Positions 8,019-17,399 of a stretch of 52,166 nucleotides of DNA are shown here, in pieces. The position numbers were made by a program, and so were the translations under genes. The stretch comes from a virus (Duplodnaviria > Caudoviricetes): positions 1 through 52,166 of IMG/VR virus record IMGVR_UViG_3300032288_002130; one strand, given 5' to 3'. The notes under the pieces are model-generated. The model did not search any database. It saw nothing but the letters and a program-made list of their open reading frames with translations, and was not told the DNA's origin. How positions within the stretch are numbered: the first letter of the stretch is position 1; every line of letters starts with the position of its first letter.

Positions 8019-10406
8019 ATGGCAACATTAGTTTCTCCAGGCGTAGCGGTAAGTGTTATTGACGAAAGTGCGTATGCAAGCGCAGGTCAAGGAACAGTTC
8101 CACTTATTATCCTGGCTACAGCGGAAAATAAATCGGTACCTGGCGGAACAGGACTAGCCGCAAAAACACTTAAGAGTGCGGCAGCACAACCTGTACTTTT
8201 AACTAGTCAACGCGAACTAGCGCAATTATTCGGCGCCCCAGAATTCAAGAGTTTAAATGGCACACCATTGCATGGTAGTGAATTAAACGAATATGGTCTA
8301 TTAGCAACTTACAGCTATTTAGGTCTAGCAAACCGTGCTTATGTATTACGTGCAGACGTAGACCTAGCACAATTAGAAGCTACAGCAACTGAACCCGCAG
8401 GATTACCAGCTAACGGCACTTACTGGTTAGACACAGCCGATACAGTTTGGGGCCTATTCGAAGCGTCTGATGACAAATGGATAGCAAAAGACATTACAGT
8501 ATTCGGCGCAGGCCAAGTTACAAATAACAATGTACCTTTAAGCAACTTAGGGGTAAACGGTGACTATGGTGTTGTAGTAACTACCACAGCCAACAACTAT
8601 TTTAAGAAAATCAACGGTGCATGGTTTGACGTTAACAGCGGTGCCCTAACAACTGCTAGAGGCATTTTCACAACAGTTACCGTTGCTCCTCACTATAATG
8701 TTCCTAGTGCAGCCAATGAAGGTGATGTATGGTTTAAAACTACAACACCTAACAAAGGTTTCTCTCCAGCAGTTAAGCGTTACAGTAGCACTACTGGTCA
8801 GTTTGCCAGTGTGCCTGTTAGCGTTTATGACAATGACAATGCAGCCGAAACAGCATTTGGTACAGGATTACAAACAGGTAGTGTTTATGCTAGATCTACA
8901 GCAAACAATGCTCAGTTTGAACTACGTCGTTATAGTGCCGGTGTATGGGATACACTAGTATACGAAGCAAAAGCTACAGAACCAGTTGGCCCAACAGCAG
9001 ACGGCACACTATGGTATAATACTGAACTAGTAGCTGACATTTATGTTAAAGCCAATGGCCAGTGGAGAAGCGTTGTTCAAAATGGTAATAGTGTAACTAT
9101 TGATACAGCTGAACCAGAAAATGCACAAGTAGCTGACATTTGGGTTGATACTAACGATTTAGAAAACTATCCACAAATTAAAGTATATGATGGTAGTGCA
9201 TGGCAATTGCGTAACAATGCTGACCAAACAACTCCTGATGGTGTAGTATTTGCTGACTTAACAGCTACTCCTGCTGACAATAGCATGATGGGCTTTGGAG
9301 CAACTCCATACAGCGAAGAAGATACACCAGATCCATTAACACATCCAGATGGCATGTTACTATGGAACAGCATGGTATCTACTTATAATGTTAAACAGTA
9401 CAATGCAGCCGAAGGTCAATGGCATACTGTCAGTGGTAACATTAGCGCAGGTCCTAAGGCCGGCGCACCTTACATGGGACGTAAAGCACAACGTCAAGTT
9501 GTAGTACGTGCTATGCAAAAAGCTATTACTGAGAACCAACAGATCCGTGAAGAAACAATGGCATTTACATTGATTGCGGCTCCTGGCTATCCTGAATTGT
9601 TAGATGAAATGTTAACATTAAATGTTGACCGTAAAGAAACAGCATTTGTTATCTGCGACAGTCCATTGAGATTAGGACCTGATGCATCGGGTTGGGTTGA
9701 ATGGGTAAACGGTACTAATGCTGGAACAAACGGCGAAGACGGTATTGTTACTAAATCTAGCGAAGCCGCTGTGTACTATCCAAGTGTATTGACCACAGAC
9801 TTGAACGGTTATGATGTAGTTGCTCCTGCTAGCCATGCAGTATTGCGTACCTATGCTTACAACGACAGCATTAGTTATCCATGGTTCGCCCCAGCTGGTC
9901 TAACACGCGGTGTTGTAACTAACTGTTCTAACTTTGGTTATATCAACGGTGAAGGCGAGTTTATGCCATTGGCACTAAACAACGGCCAACGTGATACATT
10001 GTATGCTAACAAGATTAACCCAATGGTTAACTTCCCTGGTACAGGCCTAGTAATATTTGGTCAAAAGACTCTAAGTCCTATTGCCAGCGCACTAGATCGC
10101 ATTAATGTAGCCCGCTTAGTTGCTTACTTGCGTGAACGTTTTGATCCACTAGCTCGTCCGTTTATCTTTGAACCTAACGACACAGCTACAAGAGCAAACG
10201 TTAAAACTCTGTTTGATGGCTTCTTAGGAGACATTTTAACCAAGCGTGGTGTCTATGACTTCTTAGTAGTCTGCGATACAACAAATAACACCCCATCACG
10301 TATTGATGCTAATGAACTATGGATTGATATTGCAATTGAGCCTACCAAGGCCGCTGAATTTATCTATATCCCAGTACGTATCGTTAATACAGGCGCATTA
10401 TCATAA
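8019..10406 (+). CDS. gp18: Contractile tail sheath protein (T4 gp18-like) with large central insertion
   Basis: MATLVSPGVAVSVIDES start; PWFAPAGLTRG, RDTLYANKINP, FGQKTL, LDRINVARL, FEPND, IEPTKAAEFIYI motifs; GAGGA RBS before ATG 8019. Confidence 0.96.
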   Translation: MATLVSPGVAVSVIDESAYASAGQGTVPLIILATAENKSVPGGTGLAAKTLKSAAAQPVLLTSQRELAQLFGAPEFKSLNGTPLHGSELNEYGLLATYSYLGLANRAYVLRADVDLAQLEATATEPAGLPANGTYWLDTADTVWGLFEASDDKWIAKDITVFGAGQVTNNNVPLSNLGVNGDYGVVVTTTANNYFKKINGAWFDVNSGALTTARGIFTTVTVAPHYNVPSAANEGDVWFKTTTPNKGFSPAVKRYSSTTGQFASVPVSVYDNDNAAETAFGTGLQTGSVYARSTANNAQFELRRYSAGVWDTLVYEAKATEPVGPTADGTLWYNTELVADIYVKANGQWRSVVQNGNSVTIDTAEPENAQVADIWVDTNDLENYPQIKVYDGSAWQLRNNADQTTPDGVVFADLTATPADNSMMGFGATPYSEEDTPDPLTHPDGMLLWNSMVSTYNVKQYNAAEGQWHTVSGNISAGPKAGAPYMGRKAQRQVVVRAMQKAITENQQIREETMAFTLIAAPGYPELLDEMLTLNVDRKETAFVICDSPLRLGPDASGWVEWVNGTNAGTNGEDGIVTKSSEAAVYYPSVLTTDLNGYDVVAPASHAVLRTYAYNDSISYPWFAPAGLTRGVVTNCSNFGYINGEGEFMPLALNNGQRDTLYANKINPMVNFPGTGLVIFGQKTLSPIASALDRINVARLVAYLRERFDPLARPFIFEPNDTATRANVKTLFDGFLGDILTKRGVYDFLVVCDTTNNTPSRIDANELWIDIAIEPTKAAEFIYIPVRIVNTGALS

Positions 10407-10449
10407 AAGCAAAACCCGTGGGATGGGAAGAAGCCTAGCAATAGGCATT

Positions 10450-10476
10450 AAAAGCCAGGAGAAATCCTGGCTTTTT
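10450..10476 (+). terminator. Rho-independent terminator
   Basis: AAAAGCCAGGA-GAAA-TCCTGGCTTTTT. Confidence 0.85.
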
Positions 10477-10510
10477 CTATATGTACATAATTTTCTGCTG
10501 AGGTTTTGGC

Positions 10511-10516
10511 TAAATA
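10511..10516 (+). promoter_or_regulatory. Late promoter box TAAATA for tail tube operon
   Basis: GCTAAATA followed by AAGGAG RBS and ATG 10547. Confidence 0.65.
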
Positions 10517-10546
10517 AATGTATGTCCGTAAAGGAGTTATTATAAC

Positions 10547-11179
10547 ATGGCACAATTATCAAAATTCGGAGTTCCTGGTGGCGATTCACCTCTCCTAATG
10601 CCCAAGCTAAAATATAGATTTCGTGTAGTCTTTATTGGTGCAGGTAATGGCTTAATGCCAGGCGCAAACACATTTACTAGTCAAATCGTAAGTGTCGGTC
10701 GTCCACAACTACAGCACCAAGCAGTTGAACTAGACGTTTACAACAGTAAAATCTATGTAGCCGGTAAGCACACATGGAGCCCAATTAGCATTACTGTTCG
10801 TGATGATGTCAGCAACAGCGTAACTAGTTTAATCTCTGCACAGTTAGGTCGTCAGATGGATCACGCAAATCAAAGCGGTCCATTAGCAGGCGCTAACTAT
10901 AAATTTGGTTTGTTAATTCAAAGTCTAGACGGCAGTCAAGACGATGTAACTGGCGTAATCGATACATGGAGCTTAAACGGTTGCTTCTTGCAAGACGTTC
11001 AGTTTGGCGACATGGACTACAGTTCTAGTGATGCTATGACGATTCAGATGACTGTTCAGTACGATGCCGCAGACTATCAGATTGGTAACGCAGTTGTTCC
11101 AAATCTACCTGGTCAGCTAGGCGAACTAGGCTTAGGCCCATCGCTACGTACTACAGGTTCTTCTGCAACAAATGGCTGA
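10547..11179 (+). CDS. gp19: Tail tube protein (T4 gp19-like)
   Basis: Follows sheath; PKLKYRFRV, YVAGKHTWSPISITVRDD, WSLNGCFL...GDMDYS...MTVQYD pattern. Confidence 0.88.
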   Translation: MAQLSKFGVPGGDSPLLMPKLKYRFRVVFIGAGNGLMPGANTFTSQIVSVGRPQLQHQAVELDVYNSKIYVAGKHTWSPISITVRDDVSNSVTSLISAQLGRQMDHANQSGPLAGANYKFGLLIQSLDGSQDDVTGVIDTWSLNGCFLQDVQFGDMDYSSSDAMTIQMTVQYDAADYQIGNAVVPNLPGQLGELGLGPSLRTTGSSATNG

Positions 11180-12647
11180 TTTTGAGCTTAAACAGGATCC
11201 TCACTACGCATTTGGTTATTATATTCCGGGGAATAACAAACCCCCGGAATCCCGTGACAAAGACCTTGCTACAACCAACTGGGTTAAATTTAGTAGGATT
11301 CCTAGACTTAAACATAACTGGACAGTTGGCTTTGAGCTAAGTCCGGGTGCTACTCAGCTTTTGTCTAAAAAAATAGGATCAGATAGAGTTGATCAATTAT
11401 TAAGTGAATTAACTCTTAGAGCGCAAAGTGTAGACTTGCCAACTTGGAATATAACTACACAAACTTTAAATCAATATAATAAACAGAGACACGTTCATAC
11501 TCGTGTTGATTGGCAACAAGTACAAGTAAAATTCCTCGATACTGTTGACAATGCCTTTCAAGCGTTGTTGACGGCCTACATGGAATATTATTTCCCTAAC
11601 AACTTTAATGATGTTGGCTTCAATGCCATGCAACCAGATCAACTTAAATTAGGTTTTAAAGGCGAATACGGTTTAGCCAGTATCAATGATGCAAATAATA
11701 ACTTCTTTATCACTATGGTTGTTAATAGGGAGTACGGTGGTTGGGTCGACCAAACATTATTGATCAATCCTAAGATTACAGCAGTACAACACGATACATT
11801 AGACTATACAGATGCTGGAAGTACACTTACTTGGACTATTACACTACAGTATGAGTCAGTGGTATTTCGTCCTTCTACAGAACACGAAGATCAAAAGAAA
11901 TATAGTTCTGCTAATAGCGCGGCCAACGAACAAGGCGGAGAAATGCCAGATGTCAGTAACGACGATCCTAGCGGCTTCCCTCCCGAAGATGAATGGCCCG
12001 ATGATCCAGAACCAGGCCTGACTGAACAAGAGCCCGGATGGACCACTGGTGGCGCCGGCGATCTTATAACAGGTCCAACTCCTATTCAAGCTCGTGCAGC
12101 CGCGGCGATAGCACAAACTACTGCTACTGTTATAGCAGGAACAGCGGCAGTAGCTGGAGTTATAAGTCCAGGTGGCGCAGTAACAACTCCTAATTTAGGT
12201 AATAAACCTCCTGCAAACTTAGCAGAACAAATAGGCGACAAGTTAAGTCAGTTAAACAAAAATATTACACAACAAGGCGGTCAATTCTTAGATAAAATAA
12301 GTGGCGGAAATATTGGAGTAGGTAAAGCTATTAATCCCACTACTATAGCAGGAGCATTGAGCTTGGTAGCTATGGTCAAACGAAACGGCGTACAAGGCAT
12401 TATTAAGAATCCAGTTGCGGCCGCTGGAATCGCTGTAGCAGTAGCAAAACAACTACCTGCACTAGGTGGCACTAAACTTGGCGGCGGCAATTCATTCGGC
12501 GGACTAACCGACGGCAAAATTAATAAACAAGCAAGCGTATATGAACAGGCCGCGTTAGACTTAGCGGCGGCTTCAGGGAAAAACGTTAGTTCTATAACTA
12601 ACATGGCTAATCTAAGTTCATTGCAAAAATTTATAAAGTTAGGTTGA
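11172..12647 (+). CDS. Tail-tube-fold baseplate protein (gp54/gp48-like) with low-complexity C-terminal extension
   Basis: SVDLP...LNQYNK...VKFLDT...NPKITAVQHDTLDY...ITLQYE is a tube paralogue pattern; acidic/Pro then Ala/Gly tail. Confidence 0.55.
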   Translation: MADFELKQDPHYAFGYYIPGNNKPPESRDKDLATTNWVKFSRIPRLKHNWTVGFELSPGATQLLSKKIGSDRVDQLLSELTLRAQSVDLPTWNITTQTLNQYNKQRHVHTRVDWQQVQVKFLDTVDNAFQALLTAYMEYYFPNNFNDVGFNAMQPDQLKLGFKGEYGLASINDANNNFFITMVVNREYGGWVDQTLLINPKITAVQHDTLDYTDAGSTLTWTITLQYESVVFRPSTEHEDQKKYSSANSAANEQGGEMPDVSNDDPSGFPPEDEWPDDPEPGLTEQEPGWTTGGAGDLITGPTPIQARAAAAIAQTTATVIAGTAAVAGVISPGGAVTTPNLGNKPPANLAEQIGDKLSQLNKNITQQGGQFLDKISGGNIGVGKAINPTTIAGALSLVAMVKRNGVQGIIKNPVAAAGIAVAVAKQLPALGGTKLGGGNSFGGLTDGKINKQASVYEQAALDLAAASGKNVSSITNMANLSSLQKFIKLG

Positions 12648-12648
12648 T

Positions 12649-12963
12649 ATGTTAACTACAATAGCTGGCGACAATCCACAAAATTATGCTATTAATCAGC
12701 AAACTTATGATTTGGTTGTAGCGAATTTAGAAAGAAAAGGAATTACTGCTCCGATGGCCAGAGTATTGGCTTACGAAATTTTGCTTATTTCTAAAATTAC
12801 AGAACAGCCTTACAATGCAATATTATCTAAGATTTCATCAAACGGATTGAATATAGACCAAGAATTTATTGACCAGCTGAATTTATTACGCGGCGCCGGC
12901 AACAAATTAGGAGTCGAGAATTTAGCTAAGACTAATAAGTTTATTTCTCGTGCAATAGTCTAA
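12649..12963 (+). CDS. Hypothetical (probable baseplate) protein
   Basis: 104-aa ORF tightly packed in the tail operon. Confidence 0.65.
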   Translation: MLTTIAGDNPQNYAINQQTYDLVVANLERKGITAPMARVLAYEILLISKITEQPYNAILSKISSNGLNIDQEFIDQLNLLRGAGNKLGVENLAKTNKFISRAIV

Positions 12964-13406
12964 TGGCATCAAATTATAGACAGGGAAGATATACTGTACT
13001 AAACCCAGACAAGTATATCGGCAACAGTACGCCAAAATATCGTAGTGGTTGGGAATTGACGTTTATGCGATTTTGCGATAACCATCCGGGGGTTATCAAT
13101 TGGGCCAGTGAAAGTTTGCGTATACCTTATATAAATCCCTTTACAGGTAAACAAACATTTTATGTTCCTGACTTTGTTATAATGTATCAAAATAAACAAG
13201 GTCAAAAAATGACAGAAGTAATTGAAGTTAAACCTCGTGGACAAGCCAGATTAGAAGAAGCACGTAGTCAACAACAAAAGGCGGCAGTGGTATTAAATAT
13301 GGCTAAGTGGGAAGCCTGCAAAGCGTGGTGTAAAAAACACGGTGCAGTTTTCAGAGTAGTCACAGAGGAAGACATTTACAACAGAATGGGACAGAAGAAA
13401 AAATGA
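12963..13406 (+). CDS. gp4: Head completion nuclease (T4 gp4-like, TnsA-type PD-(D/E)xK)
   Basis: NPDKYIG...YRSGWE...FCD...WASE...IPY...YVPDF...IEVKP...NMAKWEA...FRVVTE. Confidence 0.9.
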   Translation: MASNYRQGRYTVLNPDKYIGNSTPKYRSGWELTFMRFCDNHPGVINWASESLRIPYINPFTGKQTFYVPDFVIMYQNKQGQKMTEVIEVKPRGQARLEEARSQQQKAAVVLNMAKWEACKAWCKKHGAVFRVVTEEDIYNRMGQKKK

Positions 13407-13957
13407 CACGTAAATTAGAAGAATTGTTTGGGTTGCCACCCAATGATTCTACAATTAATCAGCAAGATCCGGAATGGGATCTTGCAAATCAAGATGCAGA
13501 CGTTGAAAAAGAAGTAACAGGTACCGACGTTGTGCCACCGGAACAATTGAAAGCAACTTTAGATTTAGCTGAAAAAATTGAACGTGCATTGCCTCAAGTT
13601 AGAGATGTTGATAGCACCGACGCCGACTTAGACGAATATGCTAAAAAAGCCATGGAAACTTATGATAGGCTAGTTGATTTGGGGATGAATGTAGATGACA
13701 GAAATGCAGGCATGATATTCGATGTTGCCAGTAAAATGATGTCAAACGCAATTACAGCCAAAAACAGCAAACTAGATGCAAAATTACGCAGAATTGAACT
13801 ACAGCTAAAAGCCAGCAAGTTGCAGTTAGACAAAGACAAGTTTCAAAGCGGCAAAACCCCAGGTGCAGGGGATATAGTAGAAGGCGAAGGCTATATAGTA
13901 ACAGATCGAAATGCCCTACTTCAAGGCATAGTTAATAAAATCAAAAACGATAAATAA
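13403..13957 (+). CDS. Putative terminase small subunit (gp16-like)
   Basis: Helical central region, size and position upstream of the large terminase; only weak motif resemblance. Confidence 0.5.
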   Translation: MTRKLEELFGLPPNDSTINQQDPEWDLANQDADVEKEVTGTDVVPPEQLKATLDLAEKIERALPQVRDVDSTDADLDEYAKKAMETYDRLVDLGMNVDDRNAGMIFDVASKMMSNAITAKNSKLDAKLRRIELQLKASKLQLDKDKFQSGKTPGAGDIVEGEGYIVTDRNALLQGIVNKIKNDK

Positions 13958-13975
13958 CACATCGGAGACTATGCA

Positions 13976-14575
13976 ATGAAGACCCTATTAGAATACATAG
14001 AAGCTAACCAAAAAGATTATAAAATTCGCTTAAAATTTGCTTTTGAGCCCAGTAAAGATCAAATGGCAACCTTAGAGCGTCACCTTAAAAAGTATGACGT
14101 TAAAGACGTTAGTAATGTAGCACGACTAATGCTACAAAGCCAACCAACAGATTTTCCCGACTATAAAGGATACGAAATTTATTTGGTAGATGCAGTAACA
14201 GCATTGCCTGTTAGTTATGATTCTTTAAAGCAAGAAATTTGTGATTTATTATGTGTAGATCCTAGTCAAATTAAAGTACGTAATCCTGACGCTCCACGTG
14301 AAGAAGAAGTAGACCAAGAAGAAGCCAAAGAAGAAGAGTATGTACCTAGACTAACAGATGAAAAATATTCTGAAATAGAACAAACAAAAACAAAGCCTGC
14401 ATTTGGCGATGACTTTAATGCAAGTTTTCTAAAAGACTTAGCTGGGCAAAAGCGCAAGCAAGAGTTTGCTAAACGTCCCGACGTTAAACCTTCTAAGCCT
14501 CTCAAAGCAGAGAAATCCTTAAGTCCGATCAGCGGAAGAAATACTATCCCTGATCCAATGAAGATAGGAAAATAA
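13976..14575 (+). CDS. Hypothetical head-associated protein with capsid-targeting-like N-terminus
   Basis: TAAATA at 13951, GGAG RBS; begins MKTLLEYIEA, similar to the T4 internal-protein leader MKTYQEFIAE. Confidence 0.7.
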   Translation: MKTLLEYIEANQKDYKIRLKFAFEPSKDQMATLERHLKKYDVKDVSNVARLMLQSQPTDFPDYKGYEIYLVDAVTALPVSYDSLKQEICDLLCVDPSQIKVRNPDAPREEEVDQEEAKEEEYVPRLTDEKYSEIEQTKTKPAFGDDFNASFLKDLAGQKRKQEFAKRPDVKPSKPLKAEKSLSPISGRNTIPDPMKIGK

Positions 14576-14578
14576 ACC

Positions 14579-15760
14579 ATGGCATTTAAAGATAACAAAA
14601 CAGTAGGCGAAGAAGTATCTAACATCCTACGTCTAGCTAAAGTAAAGTTCAATGAATCCGCACTAAAAGAATGCGGTATGGATTGGCAAGCTCCTTTAGA
14701 TCAACAACAAGAAGATCGTTACAATCTAACAATCACAACCAAAGACAAAACTGTTACAGTTAATACAACCAATCCCGAAGACATTATTCATTTAATGAAG
14801 CTAGGCGGTATGGATGTTGGCAGTCATACAGTTGCCCCAGCACCAGTTGCTGATATTGGATTTGGCTCAGGAGAACTAACAGGCCTAGGACTTCCAGGCA
14901 TGTCCGGAGAACCAGCAGCCGAAGGTATCCCTGTACAGATTGATGTATTAAGTGACATGGGTGACGAAGAAGGCGAAGAAGAGCACGGCGACATGGATAT
15001 GGGCAGTGACGAAGAAGGTGACGAAGGCGATGAAGAAGCCGAAGACGATGAAGATGAAATGAAAGAAGAGTCTGCTGACTGGGCCAATACCCCTGCAGGC
15101 TCTGATGGCCAGCAACGCAGTCATGGCGATATCGCTGATCAAAGTGCGGCTGGCACAGGCGAAGGCAACAAAACTTATGGACAAAATAAGGCCCCAGGTC
15201 AAGGAGACAATCCATTGGCCTATGAATCAATGATGGAAAGTTATAAACAATTCAAGGCAGAAAGTGCAGATATGGATAAGATCCCTGCATACATTAGAAA
15301 AGCTAAAGGCAAAAGTCAAGAAGTAGCACAAAAAGAAATAGATAAACTAAACGACAAGTCTGGTGCCAAAGTTTGGAGCAGTCCTCGTTTACCAAAAGGC
15401 AAAACTAACGAAGCAGACATGGAAGAAGGCAACGAATTCTCCGGTGAATTAGCGAAAGCTAAAGCCAGCGGTAAAGAAGAGTTCGAAGTCGACGGCAAAA
15501 AGTATAAAGTCAAAGAAGCGGCCAAGCCCGACTTCCTAGACGTTGATAAAGATGGCGACAAAAAAGAACCAATGAAAAAAGCAGCCAAAGACATGAAGGC
15601 TCCTCAGGCAAAAGTAAGTCAACATAGTCTATTGAAGCCGACAGGCAAATCAAAGAATGGGCTCTCAGGACAAGTTCCCCAGGACAAAGAAGAAGATAAG
15701 AAAACTAACGAATCAGCAGAACAATTGGCATACATGCGTAAACTAGCAGGCTTAAAGTAA
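14579..15760 (+). CDS. Acidic/charged prohead core- or scaffold-like protein
   Basis: Long D/E tract, DVDKDGD motif, many hydrophobic-x-E sites, ends MRKLAGLK. Confidence 0.6.
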   Translation: MAFKDNKTVGEEVSNILRLAKVKFNESALKECGMDWQAPLDQQQEDRYNLTITTKDKTVTVNTTNPEDIIHLMKLGGMDVGSHTVAPAPVADIGFGSGELTGLGLPGMSGEPAAEGIPVQIDVLSDMGDEEGEEEHGDMDMGSDEEGDEGDEEAEDDEDEMKEESADWANTPAGSDGQQRSHGDIADQSAAGTGEGNKTYGQNKAPGQGDNPLAYESMMESYKQFKAESADMDKIPAYIRKAKGKSQEVAQKEIDKLNDKSGAKVWSSPRLPKGKTNEADMEEGNEFSGELAKAKASGKEEFEVDGKKYKVKEAAKPDFLDVDKDGDKKEPMKKAAKDMKAPQAKVSQHSLLKPTGKSKNGLSGQVPQDKEEDKKTNESAEQLAYMRKLAGLK

Positions 15761-15775
15761 ATTAACTAAAACATG

Positions 15776-15800
15776 GAAAAGGTGCTCAGCACCTTTTCTT
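15776..15800 (+). terminator. Rho-independent terminator
   Basis: GAAAAGGTGC-TCA-GCACCTTTTCTT. Confidence 0.75.
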
Positions 15801-15829
15801 ATCTGTGAAAAAGGTTAAATACTTACATA

Positions 15830-17386
15830 ATGGCACACCTTCAAGAAAATATATTAGTCAAAAAACCTTATCAACAAGAACAGTACACGCACGAACAAAT
15901 CGAAGAACTTATTAAGTGCGCCAATGATCCTGTGTACTTTTTGACTACACATGCATACATTCAACACCCCACAAAAGGTCGTGTTAAATTTGATTTATTT
16001 GACTATCAAGTAGAGCTAATTAACTGTTATCACGAAAATCGTTACAGCATTAATATGCTGGGACGTCAAATGGGTAAGTCAACTTGTGCTGGCGGCTACT
16101 TATTATGGTTTGCAATGTTTAAACCAGACAGTACGATTTTAATCGCCGCACACAAACATACTGGCAGTCAGGAAATTATGCAACGTATTCGTTTCATGTA
16201 TGAAAGTTTGCCTAATTATCTGAGGGCTGGTGCAACTAGTTATAACAAAGGCAGTATTGAATTTGACAATGGTAGCCGTATTGTCAGTGCCACAACAACA
16301 GAAAATACCGGTCGTGGTATGTCATTGACACTAGTTTACTTAGACGAGTTTGCATTCGTACCACCACGCATTGCCAGCGAATTTTGGACTTCGTTGAGCC
16401 CTACACTAAGCACCGGCGGTAAGTGTATTATTACCAGTACCCCAAACCAAGACGACGACCAATTTGCACAAATTTGGCGCCAAGCCTGCAAAACAACCGA
16501 CGAGTACGGCAACGATACTGGCATTGGTGCTAACGGTTTTAAAAGCATTAAATTTATATGGAATGCACATCCAGAGCGAGATCAAGCATGGGCCGACGCA
16601 GAACGTTCTAAGATTGGAGAAGAGCGTTTCCGTCGTGAACATTTATGCGAGTTTGTTGTCTACGACGAAACTCTTATTAACAGTCTTAAATTGTTTACTA
16701 TGTACGGTGAGGATCCTTTGCTTAAAGCAGGACAAGTACGCTATTATAAAAACATAGATTCTAGTTGCAGTTATATACTAGGATGGGATCCTAGTTTAGG
16801 CACAGGCGGCGATAATGCAGCCATACAAGTTATTGAGTTACCTACAATGTTACAGGTAGCAGAATGGCAACATAATAAAACAGATATCAGAGGACAGTTG
16901 CGAATAGTTCAAAGTATTCTTGGCTATATAGACCACGAAGTTAAGAAAAGCAGTAAAAAATCAGAAATATTTTGGAGTGTAGAAAACAATACACTGGGCG
17001 AAGCCGCGCTAATGGCTATTAGTGAATTTGGGGAAGAAACTATTGCTGGAACATTTGTCAGCGAACCCGGTAACAAGCGCAGAGGTTTTACTACTACAAA
17101 CAAAAGCAAAATTGCGGCTTGTGCTAAATTAAAACATTGGATCGAAAGCGACAAATTAATACCCAAAAGCAAAAACCTAGTCAGGGAGTTAAAAACATTT
17201 GTTGCTAAAGGAGCTAGTTTTGAAGCTAAAGAAGGAGAAACAGACGATTTAGTAAGTGCTCTATTATTAACAACTAGAGTAATTCAATATCTAAGTAATT
17301 ATGATGAAAAATTGTTTAATGCTTTAACTGATAAATCTGGGCTAAATCCAGACATAATTATGCCCATGCCAATTGGTGTCCTTTAA
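15830..17386 (+). CDS. gp17: Terminase large subunit (T4 gp17-like)
   Basis: LFDYQ, GRQMGKS Walker A, VYLDEFAF Walker B, ITSTPN, nuclease GWDPSLG and DDLVSA motifs; TAAATA at 15816. Confidence 0.96.
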   Translation: MAHLQENILVKKPYQQEQYTHEQIEELIKCANDPVYFLTTHAYIQHPTKGRVKFDLFDYQVELINCYHENRYSINMLGRQMGKSTCAGGYLLWFAMFKPDSTILIAAHKHTGSQEIMQRIRFMYESLPNYLRAGATSYNKGSIEFDNGSRIVSATTTENTGRGMSLTLVYLDEFAFVPPRIASEFWTSLSPTLSTGGKCIITSTPNQDDDQFAQIWRQACKTTDEYGNDTGIGANGFKSIKFIWNAHPERDQAWADAERSKIGEERFRREHLCEFVVYDETLINSLKLFTMYGEDPLLKAGQVRYYKNIDSSCSYILGWDPSLGTGGDNAAIQVIELPTMLQVAEWQHNKTDIRGQLRIVQSILGYIDHEVKKSSKKSEIFWSVENNTLGEAALMAISEFGEETIAGTFVSEPGNKRRGFTTTNKSKIAACAKLKHWIESDKLIPKSKNLVRELKTFVAKGASFEAKEGETDDLVSALLLTTRVIQYLSNYDEKLFNALTDKSGLNPDIIMPMPIGVL

Positions 17387-17399
17387 GATAAATAAAAGC

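Noticed and set aside
12963-13406. TnsA-like transposase or homing endonuclease
   Set aside because: Motifs and context fit the T4 gp4 head-completion protein; no terminal repeats or other transposition genes.
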